Shown here: piece by piece, positions 18,841 to 28,640 of the stretch
Position numbering within the stretch: position 1 is the first letter of the stretch
Layout: each line of letters begins with the position of its first letter
Virus record (IMG/VR): IMGVR_UViG_3300031758_003913
Span: 1 to 64,000 of that record
Reading direction: 5' to 3' (one strand)
Source of the DNA: an uncultured virus (IMG/VR IMGVR_UViG_3300031758_003913)
Taxonomy: Duplodnaviria; Heunggongvirae; Uroviricota; Caudoviricetes
DNA: 64,000 bases
Program-made: the position numbers and the translations under genes
The notes under the pieces: model-generated
What the model was told of the DNA's origin: nothing
Database searches by the model: none
What the model saw: the letters and a program-made list of their open reading frames with translations, nothing else

Positions 18841-20124
18841 ATGAGCGTAGCAAGCAAAAAACAATGGACACCTGATCCAAATATTACACCCGAACAACTT
18901 GCAGAGATGCGTACAGAAGTTCTTGATCGTATCATTGTTGCAAGAGTTGGCTTACTTCTACGTCACCCATTCTTTGGTAACATGGCAACTCGTTTGCGAA
19001 TTCAGGCAGCAGATGAATGGTTGCCTACTGCCGCTGTAGACGGTCGAAATCTTTATTTCAATACTCAATTCTTTAATGCAATGTCTAATAAAGAGATTGA
19101 GTTTGTTATTGCACACGAGATCCTGCATTGTGTATTTGACCATCTTGGTCGCCGTACTTGGCAAGATCGTAACATGGATCCAGTTTTGTCTAATATTGCA
19201 CAGGACTACATTGTCAACAACTTGTTAATTCGAGATCGAATTGGTGTAGAGCCTACCCTAGTAGACTGCTTTAAAGATGCAAAATATGCTGGCTGGACTA
19301 GCGAAGAAGTTTACGAAGAACTATTTAAGCAAGCACAAAAAAATGGTAAAGAATTTCTAGAAAGTCTAGGTTCTATGCTAGACGAACACCTAGACCTCGA
19401 CGGTGAAGGTGATGGAGAAGGTGATGACAAAGACGGTAAAGGCAAAGGTCGTCCAAAGTATTCTAAAGATGAGATGCAAAAGATTCGTGACGAGATTAAA
19501 GAAGGCATGCTACAAGCGGCACAGGCAGCAGGTGCTGGTAACACTCCGGGCGAAATTGTACGTATGATCAAAGAGCTTACTGAGCCAAAAATGAATTGGC
19601 GTGAACTTCTGCGTCAACAAATCCAAAGCACTATTAAGCATGACTTTACCTTTGCTCGTCCTTCGCGTAAAGGCTGGCATACTGGTGCCGTATTACCCGG
19701 ACAACAATACGACGAAACTATCGATATTGCTGTTAGTTTGGATATGAGCGGAAGTATCGGTGATGATCAGGCTAAAGACTTTTTAAGTGAAATTAAAGGC
19801 ATTATGGACGAGTACAAAGATTATCAAATTAAACTTTGGTGCTTTGATACAAAAGTGTATAATGAACAAGACTTTACTGCTGACACAGGCGATGACTTGC
19901 TCAGTTACGAGATTATGGGCGGCGGCGGTACTGACTTTATGGCTAACTGGAAATACATGAGAGACCATGATATTAACCCTAAAAAGTTTATTATGTTTAC
20001 TGACGGTTATCCGTGGGACAGTTGGGGCGAGGATGATTACTGTGATACTATTTTTATTGTTCACGGACATCATGACAAAAATTTACAAGCACCGTTTGGA
20101 TTGACTGCGCACTACGACAAGTAA
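18841..20124 (+). CDS. Metallopeptidase-like (HExxH) plus VWA domain protein, partner of the AAA+ ATPase
   Basis: AHEILH; MIDAS DMSGS, GGGTDF, FTDG. Confidence 0.9.
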   Translation: MSVASKKQWTPDPNITPEQLAEMRTEVLDRIIVARVGLLLRHPFFGNMATRLRIQAADEWLPTAAVDGRNLYFNTQFFNAMSNKEIEFVIAHEILHCVFDHLGRRTWQDRNMDPVLSNIAQDYIVNNLLIRDRIGVEPTLVDCFKDAKYAGWTSEEVYEELFKQAQKNGKEFLESLGSMLDEHLDLDGEGDGEGDDKDGKGKGRPKYSKDEMQKIRDEIKEGMLQAAQAAGAGNTPGEIVRMIKELTEPKMNWRELLRQQIQSTIKHDFTFARPSRKGWHTGAVLPGQQYDETIDIAVSLDMSGSIGDDQAKDFLSEIKGIMDEYKDYQIKLWCFDTKVYNEQDFTADTGDDLLSYEIMGGGGTDFMANWKYMRDHDINPKKFIMFTDGYPWDSWGEDDYCDTIFIVHGHHDKNLQAPFGLTAHYDK

Positions 20125-20402
20125 TGTTACGTCTTAAAGATCCAAATCCTTTAAACTTTTTTGATCTGAGACAACTCAAAGTGCCTCCAAAGCATTTTGA
20201 GTATGTCTCAGTTCCCATGAATTACAACTTGCAAGACAGTATTGCAAAGTGGATTATGGATCATCAAAAGGGCAGATTTTATGTTGGAAAAACTGTAGAA
20301 GTAGATTCTACCAATCAAGTAGTAACTTTGTTAAAAATAGGTTTTGAAGATCATAAAGAACTTTCTTATTTCACTTTGGCGTGTCCATATTTAAAATACT
20401 AG
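20124..20402 (+). CDS. Hypothetical protein
   Basis: TAATG overlap. Confidence 0.7.
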   Translation: MLRLKDPNPLNFFDLRQLKVPPKHFEYVSVPMNYNLQDSIAKWIMDHQKGRFYVGKTVEVDSTNQVVTLLKIGFEDHKELSYFTLACPYLKY

Positions 20403-20435
20403 TAAATAAAAAGCGCATTTAATTAAGGAGATATT

Positions 20436-20669
20436 ATGAGCGATGAACAAAAGAAACAACCTGAAACTACTGCAACAACTGCACCTGCACAACCTAGCGC
20501 AGAACTAACTGTGCAGGATCTAAACGCCCTAAAGCAAATTATTGATGTTGCAAGTCAAAGGGGTACTTTTAAACCCAGCGAAATGGTTGTAGTAGGACAG
20601 ACATACAATAAACTAGAAGCATTTCTAGCCGCTGTAGCTTCACAACAACCTAAAAAAGAAGGAGAATAA
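20436..20669 (+). CDS. Hypothetical protein
   Basis: AAGGAG SD; TAAATA at 20403-20408. Confidence 0.75.
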   Translation: MSDEQKKQPETTATTAPAQPSAELTVQDLNALKQIIDVASQRGTFKPSEMVVVGQTYNKLEAFLAAVASQQPKKEGE

Positions 20670-20670
20670 T

Positions 20671-21294
20671 ATGTCTCTAAAACATGTTGGTAGAGTAAAA
20701 AATAACCAAAGAAAAATAGTTGTAGCGTATCGTACAATACCAGGTGATGCAGAAAACTGTATTGTAGTTACTACAGAGAACTTACAAGCAGACGAGCATG
20801 ACACTTTAATGAAATTGATTGAATCAAATGCTGGCCAAACTGCTTATGAATTTGCAGAAGCAATGGCTCGCACATCACTACCAGACGGTAGGAATATGTT
20901 GGCAGCATTTCACGTTACAGGTAAAATGGTAAAAATGGCCACTAATTTAGTAGAAATGACGCCGGATATGAAAACTACTATTTTGTTAAGCGATTTAAAT
21001 CAAGCAATTGCACAACAAAAAGGTGTAAGTATTGACGAATTAGCTCTTAAGAGTTCTGATATGCAAACTGCATCAGTAGTAAATACTGACGAAAACTCCG
21101 TTGAGGTTACAGATATTGCTACTATACAAACACTTGCGGCACCAGCCGACGGCGTACTTACAGATGATCAAATAGCTTCTAAATATCGCAGCGATGCTGA
21201 TCGATTATATAAAGAAGCTAAACGTCTTAGAGAAGAAGCAGATAAGTTATCACCTGTAAAGAAAAAGAGTGCAAAATCCGAAGAAAGTGCCTAA
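20671..21294 (+). CDS. Hypothetical protein
   Basis: AAGGAG SD. Confidence 0.8.
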   Translation: MSLKHVGRVKNNQRKIVVAYRTIPGDAENCIVVTTENLQADEHDTLMKLIESNAGQTAYEFAEAMARTSLPDGRNMLAAFHVTGKMVKMATNLVEMTPDMKTTILLSDLNQAIAQQKGVSIDELALKSSDMQTASVVNTDENSVEVTDIATIQTLAAPADGVLTDDQIASKYRSDADRLYKEAKRLREEADKLSPVKKKSAKSEESA

Positions 21295-21604
21295 AAAAAT
21301 AACAGAACTTCCTGAAGATGTAATAGCACATTGGCCTGAAGTATTTCAAGATGTTAGAGTTGAAGCAGTACCCATAGAGTATCTCCATTCCGTTAGAGTT
21401 AGCTTTAAGGGCGGAAAAGTATGGGATATTGACGTTGAAAAATCTCGACAAAAACACTCTAGTTTAGACTTAGAATCTGTTCTCGAACAGATGTTTAAAG
21501 AGTACGACGAGCACATTATTAACGTTGATTTTAGGTTAGATACAGATCGTATCAAACGAGATATACAAACTCGCACTAAAAGCTTCTTAAAAAAGAACAA
21601 GTAG
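21269..21604 (+). CDS. Hypothetical protein
   Basis: ORF track; alternative GTG start at 21287. Confidence 0.7.
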   Translation: MQNPKKVPKKITELPEDVIAHWPEVFQDVRVEAVPIEYLHSVRVSFKGGKVWDIDVEKSRQKHSSLDLESVLEQMFKEYDEHIINVDFRLDTDRIKRDIQTRTKSFLKKNK

Positions 21605-21657
21605 TCTTTTATTCAAAGGCATAAATACTATATGATATTGATACCAGGAGTATTTAC

Positions 21658-22803
21658 ATGGCTTTGAAATTAAGACGCGGTACTGAAGCAGAACGTGTTA
21701 CTGCATTCGTAGACATAGGCGAAATTGTCTACGTTACTGATACGAAAAAGTTATTTGTAGGCGACGGAGCTACTACAGGTGGTATTCTCGTTGGCCCAAC
21801 TGCCCTTTCAACTGAAACAAGTCCACTGCTGGGCGGCAATTTAAACTTAAACGGTAATAACATAATAGGCACAGGTAACATTAATATTACTGGTAATATT
21901 ACTGCTACTGGATCTATTAACTTAGGTGACAATGCAACCGACAATATCAGTGTACTTGGTTTAATTAATTCGTCACTGACTCCAGCCATTGACGATTCTT
22001 ATAATTTAGGTACAAGTGCCAAACAGTGGCGTAATCTTTGGGCTACTCAAGCAAACGTAGACACTACGTTAGCAGTTGGTTCACAAATTATTAAACTCTC
22101 AAGCGGCTCAGCAGATAGTAATTTAGTGCTATGGGACGCAGAAACTGATACACTTACTGCAAGAGAAATCATAGGCGATTTAACAGGTTCTGTTTTTGCT
22201 GATGATTCTAGCACTCTTGTTGATTCAGTAGCTGGAAAAATTGTTGGCGAAGTTGATAATATTGCCATTACTACTAAAGATGTTAACGGTGCTACAATTA
22301 CATTATCAGGACAAAATAATAACGGTACTTTAGCAGGATTAGCTGTATATACTACTGGTACTGCGGACGATGCGTATGACGCTATGTCTATCTATGGCGC
22401 TTCTAATACTGTAGAAGGGCCAGCAGTATTGTATAGTAGATATAGAGGAACGCATGAAACACCATTGCCACTTCAAATTGGTGATAAAATTGTTAGTCAA
22501 TACTGGCTTGGTGCAGATAGCAACGGTAGTCCTGCTGTAGTAGCCGGTATTCAAATTTTTGTAGATGACACTCCGGGTGCTGGGTATATTCCAGGTAGAA
22601 TAGAATTAGGTTGTGTAAATGCTACAGAAGAACTTGTTACTATGTTATCTATAGACAGCGAGGGGATTATCGGAATACAAGATAATTCAATAGTAGCTGG
22701 TGCTGGTTCCGGCGAAGTTAATACAGGTGGAACAGTTAAATATATTAGAATTATAGTTGATGGCGTAGATTATGCACTTCCACTATATCCTCTAAATCCT
22801 TAA
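21658..22803 (+). CDS. Tail fibre-like virion structural protein
   Basis: N-terminal LRRGT...GEIVYVTDTKKLFVGDG fibre module; G/N/T-rich beta repeats; ATAAATA upstream at 21621. Confidence 0.7.
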   Translation: MALKLRRGTEAERVTAFVDIGEIVYVTDTKKLFVGDGATTGGILVGPTALSTETSPLLGGNLNLNGNNIIGTGNINITGNITATGSINLGDNATDNISVLGLINSSLTPAIDDSYNLGTSAKQWRNLWATQANVDTTLAVGSQIIKLSSGSADSNLVLWDAETDTLTAREIIGDLTGSVFADDSSTLVDSVAGKIVGEVDNIAITTKDVNGATITLSGQNNNGTLAGLAVYTTGTADDAYDAMSIYGASNTVEGPAVLYSRYRGTHETPLPLQIGDKIVSQYWLGADSNGSPAVVAGIQIFVDDTPGAGYIPGRIELGCVNATEELVTMLSIDSEGIIGIQDNSIVAGAGSGEVNTGGTVKYIRIIVDGVDYALPLYPLNP

Positions 22804-23294
22804 ATCGTAATAGTATTAACCTGACAGGTTATAAAATCTACTGTAGAAGCATTAGCGGCGCAGTGGAATGAACGATGATCAAATAACCAAACATCTCCAC
22901 ACTTCCATCTTGTTATAGTCTTTTCTTCAAAATCAACAGAATGTCCAAGTACCCAATCATTTAGAAAAATTAAATATCTTCTACATTTTTCTATATCAAC
23001 ATTGTACTTGGTTCTTAGTTTATAAAACTCATCAGTATGAACAGGTAGGACTTGACCCGGTACTAGGTTAGTCCAAGATACTGTACCTTCTGTTGTACCT
23101 AGCTCAATTAGAAATTTATTCCAATACTCTGGTAAATCATTGTCAAATGCTTGCAAGAGAGGTTTGGCATTTTGAAAATTAGGATGATTCCAATAATCTC
23201 TTACATTAGTGTTAAGAGGTGACATAACTGGAAAGACAAATTTTTCTAAATCAGTTGACCAAAAATCTTTTATATTTGTTACAAACTCAATCAT
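22800..23294 (-). CDS. Fe(II)/2OG-type oxygenase (Asp/Asn beta-hydroxylase-like)
   Basis: PGQVLPVHTD ... HCAAN; start moved to 23294. Confidence 0.7.
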   Translation of the reverse strand: MIEFVTNIKDFWSTDLEKFVFPVMSPLNTNVRDYWNHPNFQNAKPLLQAFDNDLPEYWNKFLIELGTTEGTVSWTNLVPGQVLPVHTDEFYKLRTKYNVDIEKCRRYLIFLNDWVLGHSVDFEEKTITRWKCGDVWLFDHRSFHCAANASTVDFITCQVNTITI

Positions 23295-24349
23295 GTATAA
23301 TCCTCTAACGATCCTGTTCTTCTTAAATCTAAAGTAGTACAATGAAGTCCGCCACTAAGTGTTTGAGCGTGCCGCATTTTTACATGTACTACATCAAATC
23401 CTTGTTTTTCTAAAACTCTTGTTAAATTAATCTGATCTTCGCCTACTATTACTGTACTAGGGTTTATACTTAAAATATTCATTCCTATATACGGACTGCA
23501 CGGACTGATACTGCCTGGTCCGGTTTCTGTAGTAGGATTAATATTTACATCTTTAAACCATATCTTATCCCATTTTTCAAATATCTTAGGACAATTTTCA
23601 GGCGTGACTCTAGTACTATTTAACAAAACTTTCCCCGGACTTAAAGGAACGATGGTACTATCCATATGAGCAAAACTGTAAATATGCTCTGCCGCATGTA
23701 TTCTATAACCTCTAGGTTCAAGCACATTTTTTAACCATTGCATTCCTAAATGATTACCAGTGTTTGAAATTTGAAATAAAATATCTTTACCCAAACGCAC
23801 ACAGTTAGGAGCATCAAATATAGGTTCTAAATTTAATAAACTTGGCTTTCCTTGTATATCTTCAAATTGATAGCCTTCATCTAATAGAATAGGTTTAGGT
23901 GCTGCTATCCATTCAACTCCATCTCGAACTGCTTCTAACATTATATCGTGATATGCCCTAGTTTCAAAATATCTAGAACGACACCCACTAGGCGTTTCAA
24001 TAATTAGATTTTTTAACGGCAACAGTAAGTCTCTAGGACACCAAGTATACCAACCAGTAGTTTGCCACTCTGGTGTACTAAACTGTTTACTGTGATCTAA
24101 CGGCTTTGGTCTATGTACTTTAACTCCGGCTTTTCTTAGCGCGGTAGCCAATCCTTCCAAGTCTTCGTTAGCTTCATCAATTAACCATTGAGGATATGCT
24201 CCTTCTAAAGGTTTAACACTATCCATACTATAGTTACTGTAGCTCATATTCATGGTGCTTCTGTCCACTGTAGGCACTCGTGCATGATCAGCTATGCCTA
24301 CAATTATTTCTTCTAATGGATCCCAATGATTATTTGTTGATATTTTCAA
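23291..24349 (-). CDS. Amidinotransferase (glycine / inosamine-phosphate amidinotransferase family)
   Basis: WDPLEEIIVG, CPRD, FDA, HMDST, GGLHCTTLD; TTG start after AAGGA (track start 24382). Confidence 0.92.
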   Translation of the reverse strand: MKISTNNHWDPLEEIIVGIADHARVPTVDRSTMNMSYSNYSMDSVKPLEGAYPQWLIDEANEDLEGLATALRKAGVKVHRPKPLDHSKQFSTPEWQTTGWYTWCPRDLLLPLKNLIIETPSGCRSRYFETRAYHDIMLEAVRDGVEWIAAPKPILLDEGYQFEDIQGKPSLLNLEPIFDAPNCVRLGKDILFQISNTGNHLGMQWLKNVLEPRGYRIHAAEHIYSFAHMDSTIVPLSPGKVLLNSTRVTPENCPKIFEKWDKIWFKDVNINPTTETGPGSISPCSPYIGMNILSINPSTVIVGEDQINLTRVLEKQGFDVVHVKMRHAQTLSGGLHCTTLDLRRTGSLEDYT

Positions 24350-24359
24350 AATATTTCCT

Positions 24360-24935
24360 TTAAATAAAAAATCTCTTATCAATATTTAAGATTAACATAG
24401 TCCACCACTCGTTAGTGTGGTTCCATGCTTGATGCGGTGTTTGTGGGTCAAATGTTACATCTACATTATGACCATGAGAATAAACTTCACCGTTTACTTC
24501 TATACCTACCATGTTAGAATCTGTCGACGGTACTGTAATTCCAAAACAGGCATTCCAAACTCCTATTGTATCGTTTGAATCTTTCGCTACATATTCGCCG
24601 TGTACATGTAATGGTAAGATTGAATTTGGAGTCATAAAGAAAACAAACCCAGCAGAATATCCTTTTAAATTTGTTAGTATATCTGATTCTTCTTTTAATA
24701 GTTTGCCTAAGTTTGGTTTTCCATCAAAGGGCAAAGCACCGCAAAGAATTTTAACATTTTTTCTATCTCTAGGATGTATGTCTGTTAAATCAGGAGCCGG
24801 GTCAACTTGAGTCAAGTCGTACATATCACTTGACATAGTTTCTCTAAATTCTGCAACTTTTTTAGCCATTGAATCTACAGCACTAATAATCTTGTTATAT
24901 TCAATATACCGTTTACAGCTTATAGTTGATGTCAT
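24360..24935 (-). CDS. Asp/Asn beta-hydroxylase-like oxygenase
   Basis: PNSILPLHVH ... FDPQTPHQAWN. Confidence 0.7.
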   Translation of the reverse strand: MTSTISCKRYIEYNKIISAVDSMAKKVAEFRETMSSDMYDLTQVDPAPDLTDIHPRDRKNVKILCGALPFDGKPNLGKLLKEESDILTNLKGYSAGFVFFMTPNSILPLHVHGEYVAKDSNDTIGVWNACFGITVPSTDSNMVGIEVNGEVYSHGHNVDVTFDPQTPHQAWNHTNEWWTMLILNIDKRFFI

Positions 24936-25552
24936 TTGAAAAGCCTTTTTAGTAATGGACTACTATCATCAACACGCATACTACAAACAATTCTTAAACT
25001 ATCAGTAGGATTATGCACTGCATGGGGAACACTAACTTTTAGAAATGCAGGTTTGTTAAGAGTAAATTTATCCACTTCAACTACATTACTGTAATCGACA
25101 CAACCTCCAAAATATACATGAGTGTCTTTTGTGTGTTTATTTGGATCTATAAAATCATAAAAAAACGTAGTACTGTTTTCACAATTTATTAATGGAATAT
25201 TAAATACATATCTTGGAGAAAACAATGTAGGAGCTGATTCCTTTAACAAATGTTCATCGTCATCCTTACTGTCAACATGTATATAAATTGTTTTTGGATC
25301 ATTCATGTCTGTAGAATTTAAATCAGTAGGGGGGAAAGATATAAAAATTAACTGTTTTATGTATAGACCAAGCTGTGCATAATCGTCAATAACATCTTTT
25401 AAATCCATAGAAAATTCATCATAGTTTAACGCAGCCCATGATTGATTGTCAGTTACGATGTCAGCCATCTTTAATTGTCTATATGCTAACAATTTTTTTT
25501 GATGTTCTAACCAATTTGGATAATCAAAATACTGATAAAATTCTGAACTCAT
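24932..25552 (-). CDS. Fe(II)/2OG-type (DSBH) oxygenase-like protein
   Basis: IHVD ... NIPLINC ... VPHAVHN...R. Confidence 0.65.
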   Translation of the reverse strand: MSSEFYQYFDYPNWLEHQKKLLAYRQLKMADIVTDNQSWAALNYDEFSMDLKDVIDDYAQLGLYIKQLIFISFPPTDLNSTDMNDPKTIYIHVDSKDDDEHLLKESAPTLFSPRYVFNIPLINCENSTTFFYDFIDPNKHTKDTHVYFGGCVDYSNVVEVDKFTLNKPAFLKVSVPHAVHNPTDSLRIVCSMRVDDSSPLLKRLFK

Positions 25553-25567
25553 AAATAACTCCTTTTA

Positions 25568-26500
25568 TTAATTATGTAATAGATGGTTAATGACATAAGT
25601 TTTATTTGGAATGTTTGTTTCGCTAATCAAATTAATAATTTGTTCCTTTTGTTCAAAATTAGAAATATCTAAATGTGTAGGATATGTTAAAACATTTACT
25701 ATCCACGGTACTCCTAATTGTTGTATAAAGGATTCAAGCTCCTTTATTCCGTGCCAGTTATTTAAATGTAACACTGTATTCACTTCTAGATCAAAGTTAG
25801 ATTTAGATATCTGTTCTATAAAACTTAAAATATCTTCCCACTTACTTCCAGATCTAACTTTGTTATTTAGATCTTTGTACCCATCAATACTTAACGTAAA
25901 TTTTACCGATTTAAACTGATGTAAAAAATTAATAAATTCTTCTTTTAACAAAAACATTCCGTTAGTGTTGTAAATTATTTCAACTGCTGCTGGATTTTCA
26001 ATTAGTTTTAAAAACTTTTCATGCCGGTTGGTCATTAAAGGTTCACCGCCTAAAAAGAGTATTTTTTTAATACTAGACGGAACTTTAACAATCTCATCAA
26101 CTGAACGATAGTGAGTAATCTTGTTTGCAGTAGGGTTAAGTTTTTTACTCCACTCGGAACTAAAATCACTCCAGCATCCGTCACAGGTTAAATTACATAT
26201 ATTGTCAAACCCTATTTCTAAAAATTCTAATTCAACTGTGTCAGTAGTATATTCTTTGTTTAATCGTTGTCGAAGACTTTGCCTACCGTTGGCATCTTCG
26301 TAATAGCATTTTTCGCAACCTTGGATAAATTCACCGTTTAAACTTTTTTTTCTAAGTTCTTTATATGCACTGGACTCTAATATATGAATTAAATCGCCGT
26401 TGAAATTATCTACAGGATTCTTAAATCTACAACAGGGAAATATTTTGTTATCGCTACGAACATTAGTATGTTTCCAGAAAGCTGCACATTTAGAATCCAT
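25568..26500 (-). CDS. Radical SAM protein with N-terminal twitch domain
   Basis: C..PCC..CEKC then CNLTCDGC, GGEP, TNG, SIDG. Confidence 0.9.
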   Translation of the reverse strand: MDSKCAAFWKHTNVRSDNKIFPCCRFKNPVDNFNGDLIHILESSAYKELRKKSLNGEFIQGCEKCYYEDANGRQSLRQRLNKEYTTDTVELEFLEIGFDNICNLTCDGCWSDFSSEWSKKLNPTANKITHYRSVDEIVKVPSSIKKILFLGGEPLMTNRHEKFLKLIENPAAVEIIYNTNGMFLLKEEFINFLHQFKSVKFTLSIDGYKDLNNKVRSGSKWEDILSFIEQISKSNFDLEVNTVLHLNNWHGIKELESFIQQLGVPWIVNVLTYPTHLDISNFEQKEQIINLISETNIPNKTYVINHLLHN

Positions 26501-27677
26501 CAGGTATTCTCCTAATGAGATACGGATAACCTTTGATATTAGCATATGGCTGGATATCATCTGACGAAACATTTAAATCGTGCTTTAAGAATTTAAAAAT
26601 TTTATCCTGATTGTTTACATGATTAAAATACATTTGATAATTATATTCTACGTCTTTTTCTATAGCATCTAAATTATTTTTTATATTTTTTAATAAGTAT
26701 TCTGTATTTTTGACTACAGCATCTAGTCTTTCATTTTCATCTTCAATATAGGCGTAATCTTTGATTAACAAATATTCTTCAAATGTTTTAAATCCAAGTT
26801 TCTTAATATATCTAAATTGATCAGGGTGCCCGGCAAATATAAAAGGATGACGATGTAAAAAAGTTCGCCATGTTTTTTCTGTAATGAAACTCCAATCTTC
26901 AGACCAAAAATTTGGACCTTCAGATATAACACTAAAAAGTGTATCGCTATATACTTTAGAATCAATATGACTGGGTAATTGAACCCAGTCAATATTAACT
27001 ACATCATACCATAGCGGTGCATTTTCCGTTGAAGTATACGATCCATAGAATGGCTTACACGTTTCATATCTATTATCAAAAGATCTTTCACAATTAATTA
27101 AAAATGTATTGTAGTGTTCATCACTATAATGTTTAAGATATTCTCTACACCAAGATTGATCCATAGGTGTCCATGGGCCAAAAAAACTCCACTCAGCAGT
27201 GTCTAATAAATCTTTATCATAGTACTTGCTCAATAGACCTATACGATTAGGTCTATTTGGCATGCCAGTTAAAAAGAGAAACTTTGTATTTTCAGGATTG
27301 AATTTAGGTAATACATTTAGATCAGGATAGCTATTAATTAATAATCTAAGATTAAAATCTAAAAACAGGTATTCAAAGGGACAATTATCTAATGTTTCGC
27401 CATGGCCACTTATTAGAATTATTTTTTTAATTCCAGCATTGTAAGCATAATCTTTTATTTCGTTTAGGTGCAAAATAAACTCTTTGTATCTATACTTAGG
27501 TTGTAAAAACCCATCCATTAGATAAAGCCCTACAACAGTATCAACATTTTCATCTATGGCTTGATCAATGTCTTTTTTAATTAAATCAGTTTTAATTTTA
27601 TCAAATTGTTCATGGGTGTAATGATTGTGATCACACATCCATTCAAAATTTATAATTTTAGATTTTGACATATTCAT
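26490..27677 (-). CDS. Putative glycosyltransferase-like protein (ITEK family)
   Basis: SVISEG...FITEKTW...HPFI..G...GFKTF, similar to GT10-like C-terminal motifs; inference. Confidence 0.5.
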   Translation of the reverse strand: MNMSKSKIINFEWMCDHNHYTHEQFDKIKTDLIKKDIDQAIDENVDTVVGLYLMDGFLQPKYRYKEFILHLNEIKDYAYNAGIKKIILISGHGETLDNCPFEYLFLDFNLRLLINSYPDLNVLPKFNPENTKFLFLTGMPNRPNRIGLLSKYYDKDLLDTAEWSFFGPWTPMDQSWCREYLKHYSDEHYNTFLINCERSFDNRYETCKPFYGSYTSTENAPLWYDVVNIDWVQLPSHIDSKVYSDTLFSVISEGPNFWSEDWSFITEKTWRTFLHRHPFIFAGHPDQFRYIKKLGFKTFEEYLLIKDYAYIEDENERLDAVVKNTEYLLKNIKNNLDAIEKDVEYNYQMYFNHVNNQDKIFKFLKHDLNVSSDDIQPYANIKGYPYLIRRIPDGF

Positions 27678-28572
27678 CTAAGCACTCTGTATCTTCCATG
27701 TGTAAAAAATTATGTAATCCTAATCTGTTAGTAGCTCTATCACGATTGTATTCCTGCCATTCAGAGCCGCCTATTCCAAACAACACAGTATTGCTAGGAG
27801 TTACATTTAATTTTTTACAGATTTCAATTTGTTTATTTTTATACTTATTAACTATGTAGTCAGAATCAAAATGATTAATAAGATTAAGTCCTATACTTGC
27901 TGCTAATCTATTTGTGTAGCCACTTTTGTTATACACAAATAACAAATCGTCATTATCAATCCTTGAAAGACGCATACCTATTCTAATATGAGCTACTGGA
28001 AAAGTTTTAGATAAACTAAAGATGATTTCTTTTATACAAGGTCTTGTAAAATCAAAATTTATATTACTACAAATACCAAAGTAGCAACAATCAAGTACTA
28101 CAGGAATATTTAGTTTGTCACATTGATCTAAAATATCATTAAGTAAAGGATGCTGATCGCCTGTATCAGAAAAAGGTTGACTAATTATTACTACGTCATT
28201 GGCATCAAGCGCATCATCCTCTAAGTATTTCCAATTAAATCTATCATCTCTCCAAGCTAATTTATGATAAACATACTCGCCTTTAAAACATCGAAATCTT
28301 CTATGAGAATAATTCATATAAAATTTTTCAAACGCTTCAGATGTCCCTTGCGAAAAACATTTGAATGGATACTGATCAATACCAGTTACTTTGTTATTTG
28401 TTGTAGTCAATATCCATTCTACATACTTGCTAAGGAATTGTTCGTTAATTGTTTGATCGTTTAATGTTTGTGTTGAGATACTACAATTATTGATAAAAGA
28501 TAATGTTTCTTTGTCTTGTATAGCTGTAGAATGTCCAAAAGGAAGATGCCGTTTATCGTAATTATTTTTCAT
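27658..28572 (-). CDS. PLP-dependent fold-type I enzyme (aminotransferase-like)
   Basis: LDCCY, FSLSKTF (PLP lysine), RIG. Confidence 0.75.
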   Translation of the reverse strand: MKNNYDKRHLPFGHSTAIQDKETLSFINNCSISTQTLNDQTINEQFLSKYVEWILTTTNNKVTGIDQYPFKCFSQGTSEAFEKFYMNYSHRRFRCFKGEYVYHKLAWRDDRFNWKYLEDDALDANDVVIISQPFSDTGDQHPLLNDILDQCDKLNIPVVLDCCYFGICSNINFDFTRPCIKEIIFSLSKTFPVAHIRIGMRLSRIDNDDLLFVYNKSGYTNRLAASIGLNLINHFDSDYIVNKYKNKQIEICKKLNVTPSNTVLFGIGGSEWQEYNRDRATNRLGLHNFLHMEDTECLDEYVKI

Positions 28573-28640
28573 GATAGTCTAACAGATATAGTCATAAACT
28601 TATTTATAACCATACACTATTGATAACTACGAATATGATG

